Below are positions 26,690 through 39,999 of a stretch of DNA of 64,000 nucleotides, one piece after another. This DNA is from Octopus vulgaris (lineage: Eukaryota): the NCBI GenBank assembly GCA_951406725.2, contig OX597826.1, positions 22,196,001 to 22,260,000 on the forward strand, in the 5' to 3' direction. The position numbers were made by a program, and so were the translations under genes. The notes below the pieces were generated by a model. It was given only the letters and a program-made list of their open reading frames with translations, was not told the DNA's origin and did no database searches. Each line of letters starts with the position of its first letter. Position 1 is the stretch's first letter.

Positions 26690-27520
26690 AAGAAATAATT
26701 TCTCCTACCTAGGGGACAAAATTAGTTGTGAGGGGAGGATGCACAGAGAGTGTAATAGCTGGAATACAAATAGGAGCGAGGAAATTCAAAAAGCGTTTAT
26801 CTCTGTTGGCTATGAAAGGTTTCTCTCTTTGAGTGAAAGGAAGATTGTATGATGCATGTATAGGGACAGCAATTCTACATATTAATGAGATGTGGGCCCT
26901 GAATACAGGGAACATGTGAAGGTGTGAGGGTGGTATGAGGCTAGTATGCTCCGTTGGATGTGTAATGTAAGTGTACATGTTTGACAGAGTGCTAGTGTAC
27001 TGAGAGAGAAGTTAGGCATAAGAAGAATTTGTTGCTGTGTGCAAGAGAGAAGACTGCACTGGTTTGGTCATGTGATGCAGATGGATGCTAACTGCTCCAT
27101 AAAGAAATGTAGATCTCTCAGAGAAGGCGGAACACATAGAAGAGGGAAATCCAGGAAGATGTGAGATGAAGTACTGAAGGATGGCCACAGGACATTAAAC
27201 CTTTCAGATGAGGTGACAAAGGACTGGGATGTTTGATACCTTGCTATACTCAAGAAGACCCGTACTCCACAGCAGAAGTGTTAAGTCTGCTCTCTTGGTG
27301 AAGAGCATCAGCAGGCAAAAGTCCTGTGCTGGTTCCATGTAAAAGGCCCCTAGCATATTTTGTAAAATGGTTGGCATTAAGAAGGGCATCCAGCCATAGA
27401 AACCATACCAAATCAGACTGAAGCCTGATGCATCTCTCCAGCAGCTTGCCAGCGCTGGTCAAACCATCCAACCCATGCTAGCATGGACAATGGACGTTCA
27501 ATGATGATGATGATGATGAC
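26690..27520 (+). mobile_element. RTE LINE 3' fragment
   Basis: Homologous to the C-terminal part and tail of 18097-19140; (gat)n end. Confidence 0.8.
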
Positions 27521-27973
27521 ATTCATTTATTTTACACCAAATTTTCCATGCTAGTAGGGGCTAAGAGGAATATATTATTCAGGCATGTCCGTTTTTGTCA
27601 CTAACATGCTTAAGTGAGAAATATTCTATGTTGTTTCAGGACAAATTGACTCTATCGAACTCTTTGAACTATCGAACTGTTGCAGACATTCTTTAAAGTA
27701 AAGTTTTTTTGGTTTTTAATTTTGAAGCCTTTGCTATAGAATGGTTAATGTATATAACCATTCTTTACTACCACATATATTTTACTTCTTTTATTATTTC
27801 TTAAAATATGTTGGATGTATTTTTGTTTCTTGCACTTACATCGATTCCTTCCAACCATTTTATTCAATCTTTATACAATATTTAAGAACGTTTACTTCTA
27901 TTTTCAGTTCTTATATGGCCTTTTATCAACCAGATTATAAGTTACTAATAATCTTATTTGAAATTATTTCATA

Positions 27974-28362
27974 CTAGCAGTATCGCCCAGTGTTGCTTGG
28001 GTTTGATTCGACCCTTTAGAATTGGAATTTTTGAAAAGTAAAAATTTTGCATTATGTGGCTTGTTATTCTCTTTAAATGAACATTTTTCTGGTGGAAATA
28101 CACCGAAAAATGGTGACACAGCAGTCAAAAAATCGTAAAAAATAGGGATTTTCATAGAAAAAAAGCACCTTTTTGATGTAAATAATTTTTGGAGTTAACA
28201 TGGTCAGATTTGAATTTTTTTTTATGGAAGGAAGAGCAAGCCTTCTTCTATCATACTCTCAATTTTGATCAACTTGCGCCACAGGGTCTCGGAGATAATG
28301 TTAGTTGAAGGCTACCAAACCGGCCATACACAGACAACTTCAGCTTTATATATATAGAGAGA
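27974..28362 (-). mobile_element. Non-autonomous Helitron
   Basis: Reverse complement: TCTCTCTATATATATAAAGCTGAAGTTG...CCCAAGCAACACTGGGCGATACTGCTAG; 3' end nearly identical to 6834-7229. Confidence 0.8.
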
Positions 28363-28464
28363 TTAATATTCTTATTTGAAACTCTTACTTCAACTCTGAA
28401 TTGTATTTTTGTCTTTTCCTTTTTATCTTAGCCACATGTACTTTTCCCATAATGTTACACATGA

Positions 28465-29350
28465 TGCTGCAGCCTTGGAGATGGCCGAAGGTCTGGACGT
28501 CCTGCAACTGTCACCACTGAGGAGAACATTGATCATGCCGATGGGTGACAGGCAACTGACTATAAATCAAGTGGCCAATGTTACTAGCATAACATGTAAG
28601 AGAGTTGAGAATATTCTGCACAACAAACTTGGCATGACAAAGCCTCTGCTCAGTGAGTGCCACCATCAGATAAAAAGTGCACCAGGCTGATCACATCATG
28701 GGGAAATGTGATAGTGAGGCAGCTTCAGCTGACTTCTTTGAATGTTTCCTAAGCCAGGATGAGTGCTGGCTTCATCAGTTTGAATCAGAGACAAAGAGAC
28801 AATCCATGCAATGGAAACACCCTTCCTCACCTGCTCCAAAGAAGGCTAACATCGTTTCAACTGCAAGGAAGGTGATGGCCTCAGGTTTATGGGATGTAAA
28901 AGGCATTATGCTTATTTAATATCTTCAAAGGGGCCAAAACATCAATGGTGAGTACTATGCCACCTTGCTAAGGCATTTCTGAAGGGCTATCAAGATGAAA
29001 CGTCCAGGTAAACTTGCTTTATCAGGACAATGCTCCAGCACACAATGGCTGCTGTGCGTGACTGTGACTTTGAAGTGGTTGACCACCATCCTGTTCCTGA
29101 AGATGAAAAAACACTTGGTTGGACATCAGTATCACAGTGATGAGGATGTCATGTCTGCTGTTGATGACTTTTTTAACTGATAGCATGAAAGCTTCTTCAC
29201 CAGTGGAATTCAAAGACTGCAACATCCAATGGAAAAAGTGGGTGGACTGCAACGGGGGAGTATGTTGAAAAATAAACCTCATCTTGTCACGTTCATAAGC
29301 TGACTGAAATACTCTCAGTCAGCTTATGAACTTTTCAGCCAACCTTCGTA
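28465..29350 (+). mobile_element. Decayed mariner transposon with right TIR
   Basis: QDECWLHQFESETKRQSMQWKHPSSPAPKKA, KVMASGLWDVKGI, KMKKHLVGHQYHSDEDV; TIR gtcagcttatgaacttttcagccaaccttcg|ta. Confidence 0.88.
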
Positions 29351-30104
29351 CAAACTGTCAGTGTAATTGTTTTATTGCTTAGTTACTTCTCATTTCCCCT
29401 TTCCTTTTTCTTCTTCTTTTCTCTTTTGCCTTTGCCTTTTATATAAAGAAGGTTTATTATTTATTTACTTGTTTTTTGACATCCATTCACAACAGTTGTA
29501 ATTTTCCTGGCATATTTTTCCTAAAACTTTAATTTCTAAAACAATTCTTCCCTTTACTGCAATCTCTATGTCTATTACCATGTGAATTATGTCATTCAGT
29601 TTTATTCTACTTTGACTTGTTTTCAATACTTATATTATTTCTTATCAGTGGTCATTTTTTTCTATCCAAAAAATTTCAGTCAGTTTTAAATGTTTGATTG
29701 ATAAGTTATCAAATGGCTACCACTTCCCCATTTATAAGCATTGTGTTGTCTCAAAAGTTTACTTCTGTCTGATGCTTGTTTAGATGAAACTCTGAGTAAT
29801 AGTTTATGAAGTTTTCAGCTTTATTAAAACATTACATTTTACTTTACTCTTGGTACTCAAGTGCCATTTTCTAATCCTTGTTTGTAACTATGTTCTTCTT
29901 TACATTCCGGTTCCAACATTTCGCATGACTTTATTCATTGAAACTTCGGTTGTTGTGTGTTTTGTCATTGTAATGTTGTCATCATGCATAAAACACCAGC
30001 TTCCAAATCCTGTTTTCTGATTGGGTAAAAAATATCAAACTTTAATCCTCTGTAACATTTTTCTAAAATTTTTCTGGAACAAGTAAAAATTGATATCAGG
30101 AAGG

Positions 30105-30765
30105 AATGCGGGGTAAAGCCAGGAAGACATGGGATGGGGTGGTCAAGCATGACCTTTGAACGTTGAGCCTCACAGAGGCAATGACAAAAGACCAAGACCT
30201 CTGGAGATATGCTGTGACTGCAAAGACCCGACAAATAAACTGAGTTCATGGCATATCCTACACCAGTTTCACATAACCAGTCCCAGCCCATTCAAAGTAC
30301 CTTGGATCATAGGGTGACCTGCTGTGCTTACCTTGGATTGTAGGGTGACCTGCTGTGCTTGAGGAGACCTATTGAGTCAAGTACATCAACATCAAAATAA
30401 AAATCAAATGGAAATTTTAGTTGTGATACCCATGCCAGTGGCACGTAAAAAGCACCATCTGAATGTGGCTGATGCCAGTGCTGCCTTAACTGGCTTCTGT
30501 GCCAATGGCACGTAAAAAGCACCAACCGATCGTGGCCATTGCCAGCCTTCTCTAGCCCCTGTGCTGGTGGCACGTAAAAAGCACCCACTACACTCATGGA
30601 GTGGTTGGTGTTAGGAAGGGTGTCCAGCTGTAGAAACACTGCCAGATCAGACTGGAGCCTGGTGCAGCCACCTGGCTTCCCAGACCCCGGTAGAACCGTC
30701 CAACCCATGCTAGCATGGAAAGCGGACGTTAAACGATGATGATGATGATGATGATGATGATGCAT
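30105..30765 (+). mobile_element. RTE LINE 3' end with repeated ggcacgtaaaaagcacc units
   Basis: GKARKTW-coding remnant, 3' UTR, (gat)n tail. Confidence 0.85.
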
Positions 30766-32272
30766 CATGAGAAAACCCATCAGTAAACTAAATTTGAAAA
30801 TTTTCACCTAATTTTAAAATTTCAAAAAGTGAAGCCAAACTGTAAGGATCCAGCTTGGCCACTGATATTGTTTGAGAGTTCCTGTACAAACTTGAGATGT
30901 GAGGGAAGTTTGTTCCCTAAGGATATCACAGAGAGACAACATCAACAAGTCAGCCACATCTGTCTCATCATAGCTTTCCTTAGATAAGTGAACATTAGGG
31001 CTCCTGCTTGTTTTGACTCGGTAGCGATTGTTATAACAGAAAAACACCCCCAAAAAACAAAAAAAACAACAACAATAACAAAACCCCCAAAACATCTCAG
31101 CATTGATTGCTCTTCTAATTTTAAAGTGTCTGAAACTGCAGCAAATTTTTTAAAGTTCAGAGCTTTCAATTTGTTTGGATAAAATAAGAGATATGTTTAT
31201 CTGATTGCAGTAAAGGGAAGAATTGTTTTAGAAATTAAAGTTTTAGGAAAAATATGTCATAAAAATTACGACTGTTGTGAATGGATGTCAAAAAACAAGT
31301 AAATAAATAATAAACCTTCTTTATATAAAAGGCAAAGGCAAAAGAGAAAAGAAGAAGAAAAAGGAAAGGGGAAATGAGAAGTAACTAAGCAATAAAACAA
31401 TTACACTGACAGTTTGTACGAAGGTTGGCTGAAAAGTTCATAAGCTGACCGAGCTACTGTCATGGAACGTGACAAAATGAGGTTTATTCCTTTACCTGGT
31501 GGTCCTTGATAACAGTGTTTCATGGATTAGCCTTGATCATCTTGAATATTCCACAGTATGGACACTATAAAAAAAACACATATGCAAAAAAAAAACAACA
31601 AAAAAAAACAAAACAAAACAAGAACACTAACAGCAACAGTACCTTCAATATAAATTTATAATTTGCCCTCAGACTTATGTTTTTTTTTTTTCCAGTTTCA
31701 CCACTACAGCCAAGCTGTAGAGATAAGAAGTTCTTCTATTCCATATTTAAATGTAGGTACTTCTGTTGATTCTGCTAGTCGAAATAAAATGGAAGTGAAA
31801 TGGTCAAGAATATTATACAGCAATGTTCATGATATTTATTTGTGATGTGAAGATAATGGCAAATAATAGAGAAATAAAAAACTGAAGCCGAAGCTGAAGA
31901 AATGTTAACAATACAGATATTGTAATGATGAAAATAAATTCAAATAAAAACTTGTTATTATATAGAATTGATGGATATTATAAAAAATTCAGCAATGTAA
32001 AATTTATTGAAATATTTTTGATATAAAAAAGCCCTTAAGTTTACAAATAATAATATTGTGTTGCAAATTTCATCAGCAAATGTTCATTTTTATTGCATTT
32101 TTATTGAACATGGAAAAAAAAAAATCATTAAAAGCTTGAAAAACATTTTCAGCAGCATAATATGTAGAAATTCAGAGATGTTGTATCAACTCAGAGTTTA
32201 CAACTAACTTCAATTTAAGCAGCAATACATATATAAAAAAAAAAAAAATGTTTGTGGAAGATATGCAAGTGT

Positions 32273-32309
<37 letters not shown>

Positions 32310-32319
32310 TAATAATAAT

Positions 32320-32538
32320 AATCCTTTCTGCCATAGGCTGAAATTTTTTTGGGGGTGGGTGGGGGTGGTGGCTAGTTGAGTACATCGACCCCAGTGCGTA
32401 ACGTACTTATTTCATTGACTCTGAAAGGATGATGGGCAAAGTCAAATCTTCGCAGAACTTGAACTCAGAATGTAATGATGGATGAAATGCCGCTAAGCAT
32501 TTTCCCCAGCATGCAAACAATTCTGCTAGCTCACTGCC

Positions 32539-32598
<60 letters not shown>

Positions 32599-32985
32599 GA
32601 AATTATAAAAATAAAAATAAATAATTATAAATTCCGCAATGATTATCTAATTACAATTAATTACAGATTTGTTTCAATGTAAAAAAAAAGGTCTTTATTA
32701 AAGCTGTAAAATCATTGAGTCTTATCAATATGTATTGTACACTGGCAAAATGAAAACTTCTGCAAAAGTATTTTCAAACTTAAAAGAGAAAAGCTTCTGT
32801 ATAGTTTCCATTTAACTGCATTTTTCAGTGACATTTACAAAGAAAAAAGTGTGTTGAGCCATTTCATAGATTTATTTCAAATATGAAAATAAAATTTCAT
32901 TCCTACAATCTTCAAAATAAAAGTGACTGTGTTTTCAGTAAAATTAAATTTTCCCAGGAAGAATAAGCATTTTTCACATATAAGA

Positions 32986-33032
<47 letters not shown>

Positions 33033-34477
33033 CAAGAATATACATATACATATTATAATTTAATATATACATGTATATATTATATACATATATATGTATA
33101 TACACACACACACACATATATATATATACAAATATATATATATGTGTGTGTGTGTGTATTTTATATAAATACACACACACATACACACACACACACATAT
33201 TAATGTTTCTTTTTATGTGAAGTTATATATAAAAACCATTTAACATTAAACTGAGGGATTACTCAATACTTTTTTGTAGAGTATATATTTATTAATTTTT
33301 AAAAGGAAAAAGTTGATAGTGACTTTGAAGTATCAGCTTGCTTACCATCAAGAGACTGACGATGGCAAGTGAGTCAAAACTTTGAAGTCACTGTACACCT
33401 AACCCTTGTAACTTAAATGCTAAAGATGAATATTTTATGAAGTGAAATTTGAAACTAACAAATATAAATGAATATTATGAATGAAAAAGTAGGACATGAT
33501 ATTAAGAATGAGGTGAAAATCAGCAGTTGATAAGATCAGCTCAAATAATGAAGTTGAAGCGAATACATATGACCAAAATAATCAAGTTGGCACTTAATGC
33601 AAAGGTTTATCTGATTTGATATATTTTGGTCAGATTAGAGAATCTCAACAGCATACTTAAAATTCAAGCTAGGTATGTATCTTAATAATAGACTGAATTA
33701 AAAGAGATGCTATGTATAACCTCCTACATAGAAATAGGCAGTTTTGGAATAAAGGAATAGCAATTTAAGTATGAGATGGGATGTTTGCAAAGGCATAACT
33801 AAAGAGAAGAAAAAAAAAAGATTAAAAAACAACAAAAATAAAACAGTGAAGAGCATTAAAGCCTTAAACATGATATTTATATAATTAAAACAATAATTAA
33901 TGACTGCAAATAGCTAAGATATGAAGAATTATCCAGAGTACTTATATGCATATTGTATGGTTATGTAAATGTCTGTCATACATTTATTTATAGAGCTATA
34001 TGTATATTTATGTCTATTCTACATCTACAGGTGTATTACCTGTATATTTATGTCCATATATGTACATATATATATGACCATCACATGTCTGCTCATATGC
34101 TTATTCTTTGTATGTTCCCTATATAGCAGTCTTTCGTCTGTTATATTTCTGTAAGTAAAACATGTCTATTTATGTGTTATATATCTGTATACCTTTCACA
34201 TGTCAACATGTAATATACATGTTTTATATTTTTATTTATGCTTCTTATACATCTATTTTATCTATATATTTATTTATATATCTGTTTAATGATATGAGTT
34301 GATATGTTTAATTATAAGTATATTTATGTGTGTGTGTGTATGTATGTATGTATGTATGTATATATATATATATATATATACATACACATATATATATATG
34401 CATAAACATATATATTCTATAAAAATACACACACATATGTATGTATATATGTGTGTGAGCGTGTGTGTGCATTTGTG

Positions 34478-34519
<42 letters not shown>

Positions 34520-37474
34520 CACACATACATGTATGTATGTAATTATGTAAGTATGCATGTATGTACGTATGGATGAGTGTGTGTATTATATTTATGTATG
34601 TATATTATTCAACACTTTAAGTTGTTAAAAAAATAGAATACAGACAGCTGACAAAAATCCAGTATTTTTTAGCAGTTCCATTTTTACATTAAAAGAAAAT
34701 GTAAAAATTGTCAAAATTCCAAACCTAAAGAAGTTTGTAGATTGTTCAAACTTGTTTTTATCCCATGGCCTTTTTCATGAAAGAAAAATTGTTATGAGAG
34801 AAATAAAATTCATGGAAATAAATATTCCTATAAAGTTTGTGCTAAAATTAAAATATGAATATGTATATATATCTTAAAAACATTTTTAAAGCTGACTTGT
34901 AATTTCACAAGCTATTATTTTTAAATTACTCGACATTTTACTTTCAAACTGAACAATTATATATTGTCTGACATAATTGGAAGTAAAACAATGCCTGCAG
35001 ATATTGTCAAAACATCACTTTAACATTTATTTAAAATCTTTTAATGGTTTCTTTTGACTAAACATATGACCAAAAAGGAGGGGGTAGTGTTAGAATTTAC
35101 CCAAGTTAGTTACTGGGTGAATATATTATTTATCCCAGAGGGATGAAAGGCAAAGCAAACTCCAATGGGATTTAAACTTACAGAATGAATTGGAAAGAGA
35201 CTAAATACTGTACAGCATTCTGGGTGGCCCTGCATGTTTGCCCAGCTCTATTACACTGAAGAATTTCTCACACTAACAGGAAACTTGAAAGGGACAAACC
35301 CATAGAAGAAATGAAGAGCCATAATGATTTGATGTTCATCCATTTCCTAAGAGCACCAGAGATGTATGAGAAAGCTCCCTCCCTGTGGTATCTGCCAATA
35401 ATAATGATAATAATAGTAATGACCATGGTGATGATGATGATGATGATGATGATACTACTACTACTACTACTACTACTACAACTACTACTACTACTACTAC
35501 TAATAATAATAATAAAAATAAAAATAATAATATTGATGGTGATGATGATGATTTACTACATTGGAACAAAATCACATATTTTAGACAAGGAGCGATAGTT
35601 ATGTAATTTGATTCCAGTATATTACTGGTACACCGGAGGGATGAAAGGCAAAGTTGACATCAACAGGATTTTGTATTCAGATCCTAAAGAAATCGGATTA
35701 AAATGCTATAAAACATTTAGTCTAGCACGTCTGTTTCTGCCAATTTAATTACTCTTTAGCATAATGATGATGATGATGATGATGATGATGACGGTTTCTG
35801 ATTTATGCACAAGGTCAACAATATCTGCCCCCAGTACATTATTTGTAAATTATCTTATCAACCCCAAGGGATGAAAGGCATATTTGACCTTGGCAAGATT
35901 GGAACTCAGAATGTAAAGAGTTGGAAAAATTATTATTATTTCTTCTAACTCAGACTTACGTTTAAACCAGTGAAGGATGTAGGAACTGAAAAGTAAGTAA
36001 TATCACTTCTATCTGGAATTCTTATTGATTCCGCTTGACTAGGAGGGTTAAGGTTCACATTCTACAGAACACTGGATATTAATCTTACAATACAGAAGGT
36101 ATTAATGAAGCCTGTCTCAAATGTAGCAGCTGAGGTTGGTTGGCCAGTCTTGGACTAACCACCATTCTATACAACATACAGAAGACTGCCTTACTGGACA
36201 TGGCTCTGCAGAATAAGTAATTGGAAGCAAAGCACTAATACAACCATCAGGTTATTGTCCAGCGTTGGTGCACACTCACAACTAATCAGACTCAATGAGA
36301 AATTTACAATTAAGCTACGAAAAAGAAAATAACAAAAAGATTTTTAAAAATCTAAATATAGCACAAGGCCACACATTTTAGCGGGAGGAAGAGGTATATT
36401 GGTAACTTCTATAAATCCAGTATTTCACTGGTACTTATTTTATCCATCCGAAAGGGATGAAAGGCAAAGTTAACCCTGGCAGGATTTGCACTCTTAAAGG
36501 GATTTTACTAAATACTACAAGGCATTTTCTTCAGCACTCTACCGATTCTGCCAGAAGATGATGATTTAGCAATGAAGATTATTATAATGATGATGATGAT
36601 GATGTTGATGATGATGATGTTAATTATGATTTCTTTGAGCGAGATAACAAGGCCAATATTTTCTAAAGGGATGGAGTATGTTGGATCCTTTTCAGGGAAA
36701 TGCTAGACTTCACCAAAATTGAAAATAATTCCAAAAGATGAAAACTGAGAAGAGTAAAACCAAAGCTGTAATGCATTCGGATGAACATGACTGTTCCTTC
36801 ATCACCAACATGAACACAACAACAACAACGATGATGATGATGATGATTTCTAATATCGGCAAAAAGGCCATGAATGGCAGGAAGGGGGTAATACAGTTGA
36901 TTAAATCAACCCCATTACAATGTCATTATTTTATTGAACCCTTGGAAGGATGTAAGACAAAGTTTGCCTTGTTGGGATTTGAACTCAGAACATAAAGGGT
37001 TATAACTAAATGCTACAAAGCATTTTGCTCAGTGCTCTAATTGCGTCTATCCAACAATAATGATTGATTACATTGGCACATTGCCATGCAACTTTTTAGG
37101 TGGTAGGGTGGTGTGGGGAGATATATACTTTATTTTATTGACCACCCCTGGAGAGATTAAAGGCAAAGTTGACCTCGGTGGGATTTGAACTCAAAATGTA
37201 AAAGGCTGTAACTAATATGGAAAGGCATTTTGTCTGGTGCTCTAGCAATTCTGCCACTCTCAAAAAATAAATAAATAATTAAAAGAGAAAAAAAGATGAA
37301 ATAATGATAATAAATTTGCAACATAGGCATGAAGCCATATATTTATAGAAAAAGAATATAGGAAGTGGGGACATTCATGCCTTATTTCGAAGACATTGGA
37401 AAGGTAATGTGAAGTGGTCCCAATTTTGCATGGACTCACTCCATAAAGAATTTGCTGTTGCTCAATAGCACCTG

Positions 37475-37563
<89 letters not shown>

Positions 37564-38274
37564 AATAATAATAATAATAGTTATGATAATGACTGTGAAA
37601 ATGATTTCTAAGCTTGGCCCAAAGACATACATTTATAAGGGAGTAGGGTATAGTCAATTAAATTGACCATCCCAAGTACATAGCTGGTACTTATATTATC
37701 AACCCTGGAGGGATTCAAACTCACAACATAAAGGGAATGTAAGTAAATACCACAGAATATTAAATGCAAATAAAAGAAGAAGAAGAAGAAGAAGAAGAAG
37801 AAGAAGAAGAAGAAGAAGAAGAAGAGGGGAGGAAGAAGATGAAGAAGAAGAATAAGAAGGGAGAAGAGAAGGAAGAGAAAAAAGAAGAAATGTGTAAGAA
37901 TGTTTAGAAAATGACCAATTTAGGAAAGACGAATTATGGCTAATATTTTGGTAATTTTGATAAAAGAAATTGATATAAAAAATGATTAAGACCCTTCCCC
38001 TGAAACTGTAAATGTGAACTAATTAAGTCCATAAAATAATATATATGTAGCAAATATATGTTGGTGAAATGTGTTATTCTGTGTTATATAGAAATGAAAT
38101 TAAAAAAAATAATAAAACATTGAGGATTTCAAACTGTTTTTGTTAGTTTGGTCTTCAAATCAGTTCTAATTAATAACAATAAAACTGACTTCATTCATTT
38201 CCAGGTTTCTCTACATAAAATATAAAATTGTAAATATTGTTCATACCTCAGCATGGATGATTATAATAGATGAT

Positions 38275-38308
<34 letters not shown>

Positions 38309-38401
38309 GCAAAAAAAAATAATCCGATTTAATATGAGTTAAGCAAACTATACAAATAAAAAATGTCATGGAAATAATATATTTTATGATAGAAATAAAA
38401 G

Positions 38402-38465
<64 letters not shown>

Positions 38466-39205
38466 TAATAATAATAATAATAATATGTTTAAAAGTTGGG
38501 AGTTTGACATTGTCTTCTACTTCATCAGTAATTGTCCCCTTACCTAACAAATAATAATAATACAGTTCAGATCAGAACACTATTTATGTACATAAAGCAA
38601 GACATTTTTCAAACTTGGTCCATTTATACATTTCCATAAGCTTGGAATCGGTCAATATATTCCATGACAGCTGTATAGCAAAATTTAAATTGGTCCTGGA
38701 AGAGAGAAAAATTGAAAATAACAAAAACATGAAACATTTTTGTAAATGACTTTTATAAATAAGAAAAAACTCCTACAATCAAATAACATATCTACAAAAA
38801 AAAAATAACATATCTAGATAAAAGAGCAACCATTTGTATGCACACACACACACGCGTGCATGTGTATGTGCATGCACACATATAATGATGGCTATATTTT
38901 GTTGATGAACATAAAACAAGTTGGAAGCCTGTGTGATGTCTCTCATACTTGCCAGTAAAATGATTATTATGTTTCTCATTAACTCTTCTTTCTACATTCT
39001 ATATTTCTAACATAAGTCATAAGGTTACATAGTTTGGAGGAGAGTATAGCCAATGAAACTGGCCCCAGTATTTTACTGGTATTTTATTTTAATGACCCTG
39101 GAAGGAAGAATGTCAAAGTCAACCATGGCAAGATTTGAATTCAGAATATTACAGCACTGTAAATAAATATCTTAAGTTCTATTCAGTAAAGATTTTGCCA
39201 ATCTG
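32320..39205 (-). mobile_element. Cluster of ~9 same-family tRNA-SINE copies interleaved with (AAT)n/(GAT)n/(GAA)n microsatellites
   Basis: Recurrent ggtacttattttat...ggatgaaaggcaaagttgacc..gatttgaactcag at ~32385, 35120, 35612, 35828, 36417, 36908, 37125, 37670, 39063. Confidence 0.75.
38624..38695 (-). CDS. RPTP terminal coding exon
   Basis: ttttctctcttccag|GAC...TAA; DQFKFCYTAVMEYIDRFQAYGNV*, matching the QYxFCY..YxNF C-terminus of PTPalpha/epsilon-type RPTPs. Confidence 0.92.
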   Translation of the reverse strand, partial: DQFKFCYTAVMEYIDRFQAYGNV

Positions 39206-39379
39206 CACCCACCCAAATACTGAATCTGGGAACACTTACAAAAATAAAGAGTCTATGTGTGTATATGTTTAGAATTTAATGTTGGATGGTCGGTAGGGTT
39301 TGGTTATGTGCTGCTTCCCATATAAAAACCAAATTCATTTTTGATTTTTGATGAGGCCATTTATTTCTTCGTCTCTTTT

Positions 39380-39740
39380 CTCTTTTACTTGTTTCAGTCA
39401 CTAGACTACAGCCATGCTGGGGCACTGCTTCGAAGAATTTTTAGTTGAATGAATCAACCCCAGTACTATTCTATCAGTCTCTTTTGCTGAACTGTTAAGT
39501 TAATGGGATGTAAACACACCAACACTGGTTGACAAGCAGTGGTAGGGGGGACAACACAGACACAAAGACGCACACACACATACACGATGGGCTTCTTTTA
39601 GTTTCTGTCTACCAAATCTACTCACAAGGCTTTGGCCAGCTCAAGGCTATAATATAAGACACTTGCCCAAGGTTCAATGGGACTGAACTTGGAACCATGT
39701 GGTTTGGAAGTAAGCTTCTTACCTCACAACCAACATGTGC
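39380..39740 (-). mobile_element. tRNA-derived SINE (full-length-like)
   Basis: Reverse complement has ggtaagaagcttacttccaaaccacatggttccaagttcagtcc head and ttgggcaagtgtctt body. Confidence 0.7.
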
Positions 39741-39999
39741 ATATTTGTGTTCTTCATTCCAAAATAATAAAAACTTTAACATACTTCCAAAATGGGACTT
39801 CATCCATATGTATCCGTGTGCATATATGTGCATGGGGCGTTGGTGCACAAGAAAAGCATTTACAGAAATGAATGTGCACAATGTTACACCTCTGAATTTC
39901 TTTTGAGCCAGTGACTAAACTTGAAGTATTTTGTTGGGATTAATCCAATGAATTTATCAGAATCATTTAGCTTTAAAGCGAAAAAACAAAACCAACGTA

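Noticed and set aside
30420-30600. CRISPR-like repeat-spacer array
   Set aside because: Eukaryotic LINE 3' UTR repeats with related spacers; no cas genes
35311-38550. Poly-L/I/H/T ORFs
   Set aside because: Trinucleotide microsatellites (AAT, GAT, ACT)
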